This document shows, one piece after another, positions 7,393 through 16,831 of a stretch of DNA of 64,000 nt (position 1 is the stretch's first letter; each line of letters opens with the position of its first letter). The notes beneath the pieces were generated by a model. The model had not been told where the DNA came from. It searched no databases and saw only the letters and a program-made list of their open reading frames with translations. This DNA comes from Acidobacteriota bacterium. GTDB lineage: Bacteria > Acidobacteriota > Vicinamibacteria > Vicinamibacterales > CAVVIG01. Position numbers and translations under genes: made by a program. The stretch spans positions 15,243-79,242 of the forward strand of contig JAHFUJ010000001.1 in the NCBI GenBank assembly GCA_023265105.1, read 5' to 3'.

Positions 7393-9045
7393 ATGCCTGA
7401 CACGCTCGGCATCGCGCTGGCGCAGCTGAATCCCACCGTCGGCGACGTGGCCGGTAACCTTGCGAAGATCCGGGAGTGTCGGCAGGCGTGCGGATCGGCC
7501 TGCGATCTCCTCGTGTGCAGCGAGCTCGCGCTGATCGGGTACCCGCCCGAAGACCTCGTCCTTCGCCCGGCCGTCATCGAGGCCACGCGACGCGCGATTG
7601 ACGATCTCGCGGCCGACACGGTTTCTGGGCCCGCGGTCCTGGCGACGACGCCGTGGCAGCACGACGGCGCGCTGTACAACGCCGCTGTGCTGCTGGCAGA
7701 CGGTCGAGTTACCGAGGTGCGGCTCAAACACGAGCTCCCCAACTACGGAGTGTTCGACGAGAAGCGCGTGTTTGCCGCCGGACCGCTCCCCGACCCGATC
7801 GATTTTCGCGGTGCGCGCCTCGGCGTCATGATCTGCGAGGACATGTGGTACCCGAAGGTCGCGCGTCATCTGGCGGATCGAGGCGCCGAGCTGCTGATTG
7901 TTCCGAACGGTTCGCCGTTTGAACGCGCGAAACTCAATCAGCGCGTCGGCCTGGCGACCGACCGAGTTCGTGAGACAGGGCTGCCGTTGATGTACGTCAA
8001 CCAGGTCGGCGGTCAGGACGAGCTGGTCTTCGACGGCGGCTCCTTCGTCGTCGGTCGCGACGAACGGTTGGCCGCTCGTTTGCCCGTGTGGAAGGAATGC
8101 ACGCGGATACTGCGCTGGAAGCGCTCCAACAGCGGCTGGAGCTGTGACTCAACGGCGATCGCGCTGGTTCCTTCGGAGCCTCAGAACACCTACCAGGCGC
8201 TGATGCTGGGTCTGCGGGATTACGTCAACAAGAACCGGTTCCCAGGCGTCGTGCTGGGGCTTTCCGGCGGCATCGACTCCGCGCTGACCGCCGCCGTCGC
8301 CGTGGACGCGTTGGGCGCGGATCGGGTCCGGGGCGTTCGACTCCCGTCGCGGTTCACCAGCCAGGACAGTCAGGACGACGCCGAAAGGGAAGCGCGGCGG
8401 TTGGGCATCCAGCTCGACACGATTCCGATCGCCGACGTAGTGGACGCGGTCGAGCGGACGCTGGCGCCGCTGTTTGCGGGCCGCGACCGTGACGTGACCG
8501 AAGAGAACGTTCAGGCCCGCGTTCGCGGGCTGTTGCTGATGGCCGTGTCGAACAAGTTCGGCCCGATGGTTGTGACCACCGGGAACAAGTCGGAGATGTC
8601 GGTCGGCTACGCGACGCTGTACGGCGACATGTGCGGCGGCTACTCGGTGCTGAAGGATCTCTACAAGACCGAGGTGTACGCCCTCGCCGCGTGGCGTAAT
8701 AGTTGTCTGCCAGACGAAGCGCTCGGGCCGGCCGGCGAGGTGATTCCGGCCTCCGTGATGACCAAGGCGCCGACGGCCGAGCTGCGGCCGAATCAGAAAG
8801 ACCAGGACACGCTGCCGGAGTACGCCGACCTCGATGCGATGCTCACCGGCCTGGTGGAGCAGGAGCGCAGCGTCGACGAGATCGCCCGCGAGGGGTATCC
8901 CCGCGACGTCGTGAGCCGAACGCAGAACATGCTGTTGACGGCCGAGTACAAGCGCCGCCAGGCCCCGCCTGGCGTGAAGACGTCCAGCCGCAGCTTCGGT
9001 CGCGATCGGCGGTATCCCATCACTAACCGGTTTCGCGAACGCTGA
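7393..9045 (+). CDS. nadE: Glutamine-dependent NAD+ synthetase (N-terminal nitrilase/CN-hydrolase domain plus PP-loop synthetase domain)
   Basis: CN-hydrolase region 'ELALIGYPPEDL' and 'GVMICEDMWYP'. PP-loop 'LGLSGGIDSALTAAV'. Other blocks: 'TTGNKSEMSVGYATLYGD' and the C-terminal 'PPGVKTSSRSFGRDRRYPITNRF'. Confidence 0.9.
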   Translation: MPDTLGIALAQLNPTVGDVAGNLAKIRECRQACGSACDLLVCSELALIGYPPEDLVLRPAVIEATRRAIDDLAADTVSGPAVLATTPWQHDGALYNAAVLLADGRVTEVRLKHELPNYGVFDEKRVFAAGPLPDPIDFRGARLGVMICEDMWYPKVARHLADRGAELLIVPNGSPFERAKLNQRVGLATDRVRETGLPLMYVNQVGGQDELVFDGGSFVVGRDERLAARLPVWKECTRILRWKRSNSGWSCDSTAIALVPSEPQNTYQALMLGLRDYVNKNRFPGVVLGLSGGIDSALTAAVAVDALGADRVRGVRLPSRFTSQDSQDDAEREARRLGIQLDTIPIADVVDAVERTLAPLFAGRDRDVTEENVQARVRGLLLMAVSNKFGPMVVTTGNKSEMSVGYATLYGDMCGGYSVLKDLYKTEVYALAAWRNSCLPDEALGPAGEVIPASVMTKAPTAELRPNQKDQDTLPEYADLDAMLTGLVEQERSVDEIAREGYPRDVVSRTQNMLLTAEYKRRQAPPGVKTSSRSFGRDRRYPITNRFRER

Positions 9046-9137
9046 CGTCGCGCGAACGCTGCTCCTCCTGGAGGTGCGGCAACGTGGGGGAATGGCGAAA
9101 ATCAGATGGGCTTCTTGAGGCGTTCGAGAGGTGAAGC

Positions 9138-10205
9138 ATGAAAGTGGCAACCATCGTCGGCGCGCGCCCGCAATTCATCAAGGCCGCCCCGGTAAGCAAG
9201 GCGCTGCGCAAGGGCCACCACATTGAAGTTCTCATTCATACGGGCCAACACTACGATGACGGTCTGTCCGCCATCTTCTTTGAGGAGTTGGAGCTTCCCG
9301 TGCCCGATTACAACCTGGGAATCGGCTCAGGCTCGCATGGCGCGCAGACCGGCGCGATGCTGGCCGGAGTCGAAGAAGTCCTGACGCAAGAGAAGCCCGA
9401 TTGGGTTCTGGTCTATGGTGACACCAACTCGACGATCGCGGGCGCACTGGCAGCCGCGAAGCTGCACCAGCGAGTCGCACACATAGAAGCCGGTTTGCGC
9501 TCCTTCAATAGAGCGATGCCGGAAGAGATCAATCGCGTGCTGACCGACCATCTCTCGGACCTGCTCTTCTGCCCTAGCCCGACAGCGGTTGAAAACCTGG
9601 CCGCAGAGGGCATCACAGGTGGCGTTCATCTCGTCGGAGATGTCATGGCCGATGTGTTACAGCAAACAATCGAACGAGCTCGCGAGTCGTCGACCATCTT
9701 GCAACGCCTGGAACTGAAAGAACAGGGCTATCTGCTGGCGACCATTCATCGCGAGGAGAATACTGATGACCTGGTCCACTTACGAGACATCCTGTCAGCT
9801 TTCAACCAGGTTGAAGAGACCATTGTTTTTCCGATTCATCCTCGAACCCGCAAAGCCCTTGCCCGGCTCAACGGCTCTGTTACCTTGACAGCCAAGCTAC
9901 GTCTGATTGATCCGGTGGGTTATCTGGATCTGGTGCGGTTGGCGCAATCGGCGCGTCTCATCCTGACCGATTCCGGCGGATTGCAAAAGGAAGCCTACTG
10001 GCTTGGCGTGCCCTGCGTGACGCTGCGCGATGAAACCGAATGGGTGGAAACTGTCGGAGCAGGCTGGAATATCCTGACAGGAGCACGGACAGAAGCGATT
10101 GTCGATGCGGTATCTTCGTTTCGACCAGCAATGACCAGACCAGCCCTGTATGGAAACGGCAAGTCAGCCGCGCGGATCAGCTACGCTCTCACGATGACCA
10201 AGTAG
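9138..10205 (+). CDS. wecB: UDP-N-acetylglucosamine 2-epimerase (non-hydrolysing), copy 1
   Basis: MKVATIVGARPQFIK..., 'HTGQHYD', 'VYGDTNSTIAGALAAAKL', 'HIEAGLRSFNRAMPEEINR' and 'LTDSGGLQKEA'. RBS GAGAGGTGA lies upstream. Confidence 0.9.
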   Translation: MKVATIVGARPQFIKAAPVSKALRKGHHIEVLIHTGQHYDDGLSAIFFEELELPVPDYNLGIGSGSHGAQTGAMLAGVEEVLTQEKPDWVLVYGDTNSTIAGALAAAKLHQRVAHIEAGLRSFNRAMPEEINRVLTDHLSDLLFCPSPTAVENLAAEGITGGVHLVGDVMADVLQQTIERARESSTILQRLELKEQGYLLATIHREENTDDLVHLRDILSAFNQVEETIVFPIHPRTRKALARLNGSVTLTAKLRLIDPVGYLDLVRLAQSARLILTDSGGLQKEAYWLGVPCVTLRDETEWVETVGAGWNILTGARTEAIVDAVSSFRPAMTRPALYGNGKSAARISYALTMTK

Positions 10206-10227
10206 CCTCAGCGCGGGGCCCCACGTT

Positions 10228-11031
10228 ATGAAACCTTCTGCTCTCAATCATTCTGCGCAGCATCTCGGCACACATTACAGACTGCTCTGGCGGATCACCC
10301 GTAATGAACTGACCACGCGTTATGCAGGGTCGATCTTCGGCCTTGGTTGGTCTGTGCTGACGCCGCTGATGATGCTCGCCATCTATGCTGTTGTCTATCT
10401 ACTGATCTTCCGTGTGCACGTGCCAGGTCTGTCATCGGCTCGGTACGTCCTGTTCATCTTTTCAGGGCTGGTCCCATTCTTGATGACCAGCGAAGCGCTC
10501 AGTATCGGTGTCGTTTCCGTCGTAGCCAACAAAGCAGTGCTGAGCAACACGGTGTTCCCTATTGACCTTGCCCCTGCCAAAGCTGTTCTGCTCAGCCAGG
10601 TCACCATGGTCGTAGGCATCGCCGTCATCCTGCTCGCGTCGATTCTCACACGCACACTACCATGGACGGTCATTTTGCTGCCCGTGCTGTGGGGTCTGCA
10701 TGTGCTGGCCCTTACGGGATTGCTCTGGATTCTGTCGCTGATCAATCTAGTTTTCCGAGACCTCCCGAACCTGATCAATCTACTCCTGATGATGATCATG
10801 ATTCTTTCGCCGATTGCCTATACTCCTGACATGGTGCCGGCAAGCTTGAAGCCCGTGCTTATCTTGAATCCCATGGCCTATTTTGTTGTCGCCTATCAGC
10901 AAACGCTGATTCTGGGCCGTCTACCTGGCGTTGGAAATGTGCTGGTACTGACCGTGCTTTCTGTTGGTCTGTTTGCCATCGGCGGATATTTCTTTGCGCG
11001 CGCCAAGCCGGTGTTCATCGACTATGTCTGA
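10228..11031 (+). CDS. wzm: ABC-2 type polysaccharide exporter permease (Wzm/KpsM/TagG family)
   Basis: N-terminal 'LLWRITRNELTTRYAGSIFGLGWSVLTPLMM' ABC-2 signature and six hydrophobic spans. It overlaps the downstream ATPase gene by 8 nt. Confidence 0.85.
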   Translation: MKPSALNHSAQHLGTHYRLLWRITRNELTTRYAGSIFGLGWSVLTPLMMLAIYAVVYLLIFRVHVPGLSSARYVLFIFSGLVPFLMTSEALSIGVVSVVANKAVLSNTVFPIDLAPAKAVLLSQVTMVVGIAVILLASILTRTLPWTVILLPVLWGLHVLALTGLLWILSLINLVFRDLPNLINLLLMMIMILSPIAYTPDMVPASLKPVLILNPMAYFVVAYQQTLILGRLPGVGNVLVLTVLSVGLFAIGGYFFARAKPVFIDYV

Positions 11032-12877
11032 ACGCAACGTCGTTCAACTGTCCGGCGTTGGGAAGATGTACAAGATTTTCCCCTCGCGCCTCGACCATTT
11101 CGTGGTTGCGCTGGGCCTGTCGCGCTTGATGCCGTGGCGTCGGATTGAGCCACATGAGTTCTGGGCCTTGCGCAACATTGACTTCGAGCTCAAAGCAGGC
11201 AGGCGTCTCGGCATCATCGGACGCAACGGCGCGGGGAAAAGTACATTGCTCAAACTCATCACCGGCAATCTCGCTCCCACTGAGGGACACGTCAGCGTCC
11301 AGGGTCACATTCAAGCTCTGCTTGAAGCCGGAGCGGGTTTTCACCCGGAATTTACTGGTTATGAGAATGTACACGCGGCACTCACGTACCAAGGCCTTAA
11401 TCGGGTGGAGATTGATAAGGCCACGGAAGACATCGCTGAGTTTACGGAGCTGGGAGACTTTCTCGGTCAGCCGTACAAAACATACTCCACAGGGATGATG
11501 GCCCGCCTCATATTTGCCGTCGCCACTTCGGTCAAGCCGAAAATCCTCATCATCGATGAAATCCTGGGCGCCGGTGACGCGTATTTTTTCTCCAAGTCAA
11601 TGGAGCGGATGAAGCGACTGGTACTCGAAAGCGGCGCTTCTGTGTTGTTGGTGTCTCATTCACTTGGCCACATCCTTCAATTCTGTGATGAAACGATCTG
11701 GATCGAGCGAGGAAGAATCATGAAGCGAGGGCAGTCTATGGGAGTGGTCAACGCCTATGAAGGTTTCATTCGCACTCTTGACGAAAGAAGATTACGAGGA
11801 AAAAACAGTAAGCTGAGATCAAAAACAGTTCCGTCATTTCTACTTGATAATTACGGTGACACGATCAGCTTCACATTTACTCTTCAGGGGTCTGCTGGGG
11901 CGAGTAGCGATATCTCAAACGTCCAGCTCATAAGAGATGGCCAGATTGAAGACGAGATTAGAGTGGGAGACGTACAGGACTCCACAACAGCCTTTTCAGC
12001 ATTTATCTTAGTAGACAACAGCCATTGGTCGAAACCAACGCGCAGTGATGGCGAACACTTCCGCAGCCTGACCGTGTCAGGACAGACCAGTTCTGTCGCC
12101 ATTGGGCAAGGGGTCTTTTACCTTTATGGCCTGGCAACTGACTCGGCGTACCACCTGCGGGTCAGATACCGTCACAGCTCATCATCACGCCTTGCGGTGA
12201 CAGTCGTGAAAAACGGCGAGGTGCTCTACAATCAACGTGATCTGCCAGGTTCCTCGTCGGAATGGACGGAATGCGAGCTCCCGCTGTCTGTGGCCCTATC
12301 CACTGGCGACACGAGTCGTCCACTGCCGGGAACCTCCAGTCTGGAATCTGCAGTCTCAACCGGTCAGGAGCCCCCGCCATCAGTTAGTAGCTCACTCCTC
12401 AACCCCGAATCGAAGACAAGGACGGTCCCGATGGTGCGGTGGCCGAGTGAAGGATCAATAACCATCGAGAAAGTGTCGACACTTGGCGAGGACGGGCGCG
12501 AACAGACCGTCGTGACCTCCGGCAGCACAATGACCATCTGTGTCTCTCTCCTCGCACACCGTGACGGGCAGTTTGATTGCGTTCCTGCCGTGACGCTTCA
12601 GCGGCTTGATGGTGTGTTGATCTCAAATTTCATTGGTCACGCTATCCCGCTGAAGCTGGTACGTGGGGAGCGCAAGACAGCACGTGTGACTATCCCCAGG
12701 CTTCTCTTCGGCGATGGCGAATACCGCCTCTCGGGCTCAATCTTCGAGAAAACTGTAAGCGAATCGTCCCGATACGACTTAGTCGCTCACGGCTGCGAAT
12801 TCAAGATAACGGGCAATGATTCGCTTGTATCAGGATTCGTCGTCCAACACCCTACATCTGAATGGGTGATCTCGTGA
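11024..12877 (+). CDS. wzt: ABC exporter ATPase Wzt with an extra middle domain, a Ser/Pro linker and a C-terminal Wzt_C-like carbohydrate-binding domain
   Basis: ATG 11024 (MSERNVVQLSGVGKMYK) is preferred over the track's 10964 start. Walker A is GRNGAGKST, the signature-like motif is YSTGMMARL and Walker B is ILIIDEILGAGD. About 365 aa follow the NBD. Confidence 0.85.
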   Translation: MSERNVVQLSGVGKMYKIFPSRLDHFVVALGLSRLMPWRRIEPHEFWALRNIDFELKAGRRLGIIGRNGAGKSTLLKLITGNLAPTEGHVSVQGHIQALLEAGAGFHPEFTGYENVHAALTYQGLNRVEIDKATEDIAEFTELGDFLGQPYKTYSTGMMARLIFAVATSVKPKILIIDEILGAGDAYFFSKSMERMKRLVLESGASVLLVSHSLGHILQFCDETIWIERGRIMKRGQSMGVVNAYEGFIRTLDERRLRGKNSKLRSKTVPSFLLDNYGDTISFTFTLQGSAGASSDISNVQLIRDGQIEDEIRVGDVQDSTTAFSAFILVDNSHWSKPTRSDGEHFRSLTVSGQTSSVAIGQGVFYLYGLATDSAYHLRVRYRHSSSSRLAVTVVKNGEVLYNQRDLPGSSSEWTECELPLSVALSTGDTSRPLPGTSSLESAVSTGQEPPPSVSSSLLNPESKTRTVPMVRWPSEGSITIEKVSTLGEDGREQTVVTSGSTMTICVSLLAHRDGQFDCVPAVTLQRLDGVLISNFIGHAIPLKLVRGERKTARVTIPRLLFGDGEYRLSGSIFEKTVSESSRYDLVAHGCEFKITGNDSLVSGFVVQHPTSEWVIS

Positions 12878-12941
12878 TTGGAGAAGGACAACCAGGAGAG
12901 ATCTATTCGAGTGTCGGAGCCATCATTCCCAGCGGGCCGCC

Positions 12942-13829
12942 GTGCGCCTAAGTCAGACAACTAACGCAAGTGAGCGGCACGGTGGATCGGCCGCGCGCCT
13001 GTCAAAAGTGTGGTTGCTGCTGCCCGCGTTCAACGAAGCGGAGTCTTTGTCCCTCCTGCTGCCCAAGATCAAGAAGCTCGCGGATGAGGTGTTACTCCAT
13101 ACCATCGTGTGCGATGACGCCAGCACGGACGGAACACGCGATGTCCTTCGTGAGTTCGACGACGAACTGAGACTCGACATCATCGTTCACAAGATGAACC
13201 GCGGGCTTGGCGAAACCGTTCGTGACCTGTTCGAAAGGGTGAACGAACTGTGTTCCGCGGACGACGTCATCGTACGCATGGATTGCGACGACACGCACGA
13301 TCCCGCGATCATCTTGTCGATGATCGACAAGTTGAACCAAGGCTGCGACGTGGTGGTGGCATCGCGGTTTCAGCCCGGCGGCGGTCAGGTCGGCGTCAAT
13401 CGGTTGCGGAGCCTCCTGAGCACCGCCGCCAACCTGTTCATGAAGCTTCTGTTCCCCATTCGCGGGCTGAAGGAATACTCTTGTGGCTACCGGGCGTACC
13501 GGGCGTCGGCCATCAAAACCGCGCTGGCGGTCTACGGCAGCGACTTCATTCAACTCAAGGGGCTCGGCTTTTCGTGTACGCTCGAAAAACTGGTGAAGTT
13601 GAGAATGCTCGGCGCGCGATTCGGGGAGGTCCCGTTTGTGCTTCGTTATGACCGCAAGCTGAGCCAGAGCAAGATGCTTGCGAATATCACGACTTTTGGC
13701 TACATCACGCTGGCCATTCTCTACTATTGGCCCTGGAACGGTTGGCGAAACCATTACAAACACATTCCCAAGCTCGGAGAGTGTGGCTCAGCGGAGGGCG
13801 CTGCCAAGCCCCAATCTTGCCGGCTCTAA
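12942..13829 (+). CDS. GT2 glycosyltransferase, polyprenyl-phosphate sugar synthase type (Dpm1/Ppm1/GtrB/ArnC-like)
   Basis: 'LLLPAFNEAESL', 'CDDASTDGT', 'MDCDDTHDP' (DXD), 'VVVASRF' and 'SCGYRAYR'. The start is uncertain: GTG 12942 or an internal GTG near 13006. Confidence 0.8.
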   Translation: MRLSQTTNASERHGGSAARLSKVWLLLPAFNEAESLSLLLPKIKKLADEVLLHTIVCDDASTDGTRDVLREFDDELRLDIIVHKMNRGLGETVRDLFERVNELCSADDVIVRMDCDDTHDPAIILSMIDKLNQGCDVVVASRFQPGGGQVGVNRLRSLLSTAANLFMKLLFPIRGLKEYSCGYRAYRASAIKTALAVYGSDFIQLKGLGFSCTLEKLVKLRMLGARFGEVPFVLRYDRKLSQSKMLANITTFGYITLAILYYWPWNGWRNHYKHIPKLGECGSAEGAAKPQSCRL

Positions 13830-13838
13830 CTCGGCAAC

Positions 13839-14579
13839 ATGAGCACCACGATGCCGCCGCGACGTGACGATCTGGTGAAACTCAACATCATCCACGAATT
13901 CGACCGTGTCCTTGCGATTGCTAATCTGAGAGGCTGCTACGGTCGCATTGCGGAGCGCTTCTATTCGCGGATGATCCGCGACGTCAAGGGAACGCGTATT
14001 TTGGACGCAGGATGTGGCTTTGGTCAGTTCAGCAGTTGTTGTGTGGCCCGAGGGTTGTCGGTACATTCCGTTGACATCGATGAACGCTCCCTCGCGGTCG
14101 CGCGAGACGTGTATCAACTGAAGTGCTTCAATGAAAGTACCTATCAGACGTCGTTGCCCGACAACTCCATCGATACGGTCGTCTCGAATGATGCTATCTG
14201 CCACTTCGACATCGAGCGCTTTCTTTGCGAGACCAGGCGGCTTGGTGCCCAACGGATCATCGTGCACGATTCAAATATCGAAAATCCCTTTCTTGTCGCC
14301 AACCGCCGTTTGATGCGGCACGAGGAGTACCGCTCGTACAGTGCGTTCGACGTCGTCAATCTATTCCAGGCTTCGGGCTACAAGTGCGTGAAGCTCGACT
14401 TCGTCAACTTCTTGAGCTTGCCTATCAGTGGCGGGTTTCAGAGACGACCCCTGCCGGTCGTCAGCCGATTTCCTGCGTTTGTTTACGCCATCGATTCGAT
14501 CATCGCACGCGCGCTGACGGTTTTTGCAGCCCGGCAGAAGTTGGCATTCAGGTTCGTGGCCGTGTTTGAGCGCGCATGA
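13839..14579 (+). CDS. Class I SAM-dependent methyltransferase
   Basis: Motif I 'ILDAGCGFGQFS', followed by 'VHSVDIDE' and 'DTVVSNDAICHF'. Confidence 0.7.
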   Translation: MSTTMPPRRDDLVKLNIIHEFDRVLAIANLRGCYGRIAERFYSRMIRDVKGTRILDAGCGFGQFSSCCVARGLSVHSVDIDERSLAVARDVYQLKCFNESTYQTSLPDNSIDTVVSNDAICHFDIERFLCETRRLGAQRIIVHDSNIENPFLVANRRLMRHEEYRSYSAFDVVNLFQASGYKCVKLDFVNFLSLPISGGFQRRPLPVVSRFPAFVYAIDSIIARALTVFAARQKLAFRFVAVFERA

Positions 14580-15427
14580 CCGCGAGTGAACTGAGTGTGC
14601 TTAGGCAGGACCGTTCGACCACCGCCGCCGCGAACGGCATGAACAAAGTCGAGATTGCCACAGGCGAGCTCTATGGCTCCATCTGGAATCTCATGGATGA
14701 AGAGGCGTTCGCAACGTTTGCGGACGCCCATTGGAACAAGTTCCGCAACGCTGGGTTGGCCCAGGACTTTCTCAGGGGAAGGATTTGTCTGGATGCGGGC
14801 TGCGGCAGCGGCCGAGCCGTGCGCTCAATGTTGAAGGATGGGGCCGCGAAAGTGTATGCAATAGACATCGGCGACGAGTGCGTCAGAAACACGCGCGACC
14901 GGAACGCCCCTTGGCGCGATCGCCTCGTCGTTGAGCAAGGATCGGTGCTGGCGTTGCCGTTCCCCGACGACACGTTCGATTTTGTCCACTGTGACGGGGT
15001 ACTGCACCATACGCGTGCGCCTTTTGCTGGGTTTTGCGAGCTCGTCCGCGTCGCCAAGCCTGGCGTGCCCATCATGGTCGGTCTGTACGGGGCGGGGGGA
15101 CTCCTCAATTTCAGCATCTACCTGGCCCGCGCGTTTCGCCATCTCATTCCGCGCTCGCTAGCTGAGCGAGCGCTGCACCTCGTCACAAGCGATCCGGTAA
15201 AGATGTATGTATTCCTCGATCCATTTTACGTACCGATCCGTAAAGTCTACCGAACTCGGGACGTTGATGCGTGGGCGACGCGCGCAGGTGTCGAAGGCTT
15301 AAGGCGCCTCGAGCATCATTACAACTATCGAGGCATCGATCGCCTCCTCAAAGACTACAACTCATTCGGCCGCTGGTTCAGAGGGGACGGATACTTGACG
15401 TACATCGGTTTCAAGCACAACCATTGA
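14576..15427 (+). CDS. Class I SAM-dependent methyltransferase
   Basis: 'CLDAGCGSGRAVRSM', 'VYAIDIGDE', 'FDFVHCDGVLHHT' and 'KPGVPIMVGLY'. The ATG overlaps the upstream stop (ATGA). Confidence 0.8.
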   Translation: MTASELSVLRQDRSTTAAANGMNKVEIATGELYGSIWNLMDEEAFATFADAHWNKFRNAGLAQDFLRGRICLDAGCGSGRAVRSMLKDGAAKVYAIDIGDECVRNTRDRNAPWRDRLVVEQGSVLALPFPDDTFDFVHCDGVLHHTRAPFAGFCELVRVAKPGVPIMVGLYGAGGLLNFSIYLARAFRHLIPRSLAERALHLVTSDPVKMYVFLDPFYVPIRKVYRTRDVDAWATRAGVEGLRRLEHHYNYRGIDRLLKDYNSFGRWFRGDGYLTYIGFKHNH

Positions 15428-16824
15428 GTAGTCCGCTCGCGCGCTCATTCAGTCGGTCGCCCGCCGCACTCGCAGGATGGCAGTTGACCGTCGCCATCCT
15501 GAGTCTCCTGGCACTCAACTGTCTGTGGAAATTCTACGTTGATCATGCGAGTAGGTACATCGTGTCGTACGTCGGCGTCTACCATCAACCGCTCCTTGCG
15601 ATCCTCTCTCGCAAGCGCTGGTGGGAGTATTTGCTCCCGATGCCGGAGCTTAACGGAGGCGTGTGGGCAACTACAGGCATTCTCACTGTGTACGGCTTGG
15701 AGCTGTTGCTCGGTTCGGCGCCGCGTGCCTATTATTTGGTCACGAGTCTGGTGATTGCGACAGCTTTCTTCGTGTCGTGGCGAGTCTACCGCTCATTACT
15801 CCTATCTTCGCTCATAGGGCTCTCGTTTGCCCTAACAACCTACGACTACGTCTCGTACGCTCTCTCGGGGGGCGTCATTACGCCACTCGTCGTGACGTTT
15901 GCCATGTTGTTCGCGTACTCCCAGTATCGGTTGTTCCTGGGCGGCGGCAATGGACTGAAATGGGGCTTCTTTTTCCTGGCGCTCGCGCTCTACGCGCTTT
16001 CTTACGAAGGCTGGCTCGATTTCGTCGTCGGACAATGGATCCTCTATCCTGTTGTGGTTTACGCTTTCTATCGCCAACGTGATAGAGGCAGAGCAAAGAT
16101 GGCGGTGGCCATACTCATGGCCACGTCGCTCGCGGCTGCAGCTTACGTCCTTGTCAAGGTCAGCACATCATACCTAACGCTGCATTCACCGGGTCTCGAA
16201 GCTGACACCGTATTCAACTATCGCGGTCGCTATCTCCTGATTGGCGTGGAAGATGTGATCGCGAATGTCATCACGTTGTTCTTCACTGCGATCACCACCT
16301 ATCTGCCTCCGCAGGTATTCAACTTCTCTCTTTCATCTTGGTATTTCGGAGACAAACAGATCGTCGCGCTCCAGAATGGCTATCATCCGACACACACGCA
16401 GTTAGTCGCGTACAGCCATCTATTTCTGTGGCGTTTCTATGCCGGCATCGCGATCGCGCTTTTTGGTGTGATCTATGTTCGCGTGATTCGCCGACTCGTC
16501 GAAAATCCGACGCCGTCGATGCTCTCCATCTTTACCTTCATGACAGCGTCTTTAATAGGAAGCCCAACGCACGCCATGGTGAAGATGCGTCCGATGCACG
16601 CAACGCCGTTGTTGGGATATCAGGTGTATTTGGCCGTCGTCGGCGTGACATTCTTGATGTGCTACGGCGTGCACTACCTGAACTCGACCATGCAGTCACG
16701 CAGATGGCTCCCCCTCATCGTCGCCCTTTTTTGTCTCAACTTGTTCTTCTGCGCGCTGGCCAGGCCATCACTGCTGTCTCACATGTCGGTTCTGTCCGGT
16801 TTGGGTCCTTATCCCGTCCCCTAG
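15424..16824 (+). CDS. Polytopic integral membrane protein (candidate GT-C glycosyltransferase or polymerase-like); function unknown
   Basis: At least 10 hydrophobic segments across ~466 aa. TTG 15424 overlaps the upstream stop (TTGA); the start is uncertain because the track's 15271 start overlaps the MTase. I see no diagnostic motif. Confidence 0.55.
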   Translation: MSSPLARSFSRSPAALAGWQLTVAILSLLALNCLWKFYVDHASRYIVSYVGVYHQPLLAILSRKRWWEYLLPMPELNGGVWATTGILTVYGLELLLGSAPRAYYLVTSLVIATAFFVSWRVYRSLLLSSLIGLSFALTTYDYVSYALSGGVITPLVVTFAMLFAYSQYRLFLGGGNGLKWGFFFLALALYALSYEGWLDFVVGQWILYPVVVYAFYRQRDRGRAKMAVAILMATSLAAAAYVLVKVSTSYLTLHSPGLEADTVFNYRGRYLLIGVEDVIANVITLFFTAITTYLPPQVFNFSLSSWYFGDKQIVALQNGYHPTHTQLVAYSHLFLWRFYAGIAIALFGVIYVRVIRRLVENPTPSMLSIFTFMTASLIGSPTHAMVKMRPMHATPLLGYQVYLAVVGVTFLMCYGVHYLNSTMQSRRWLPLIVALFCLNLFFCALARPSLLSHMSVLSGLGPYPVP

Positions 16825-16831
16825 ACAGACT

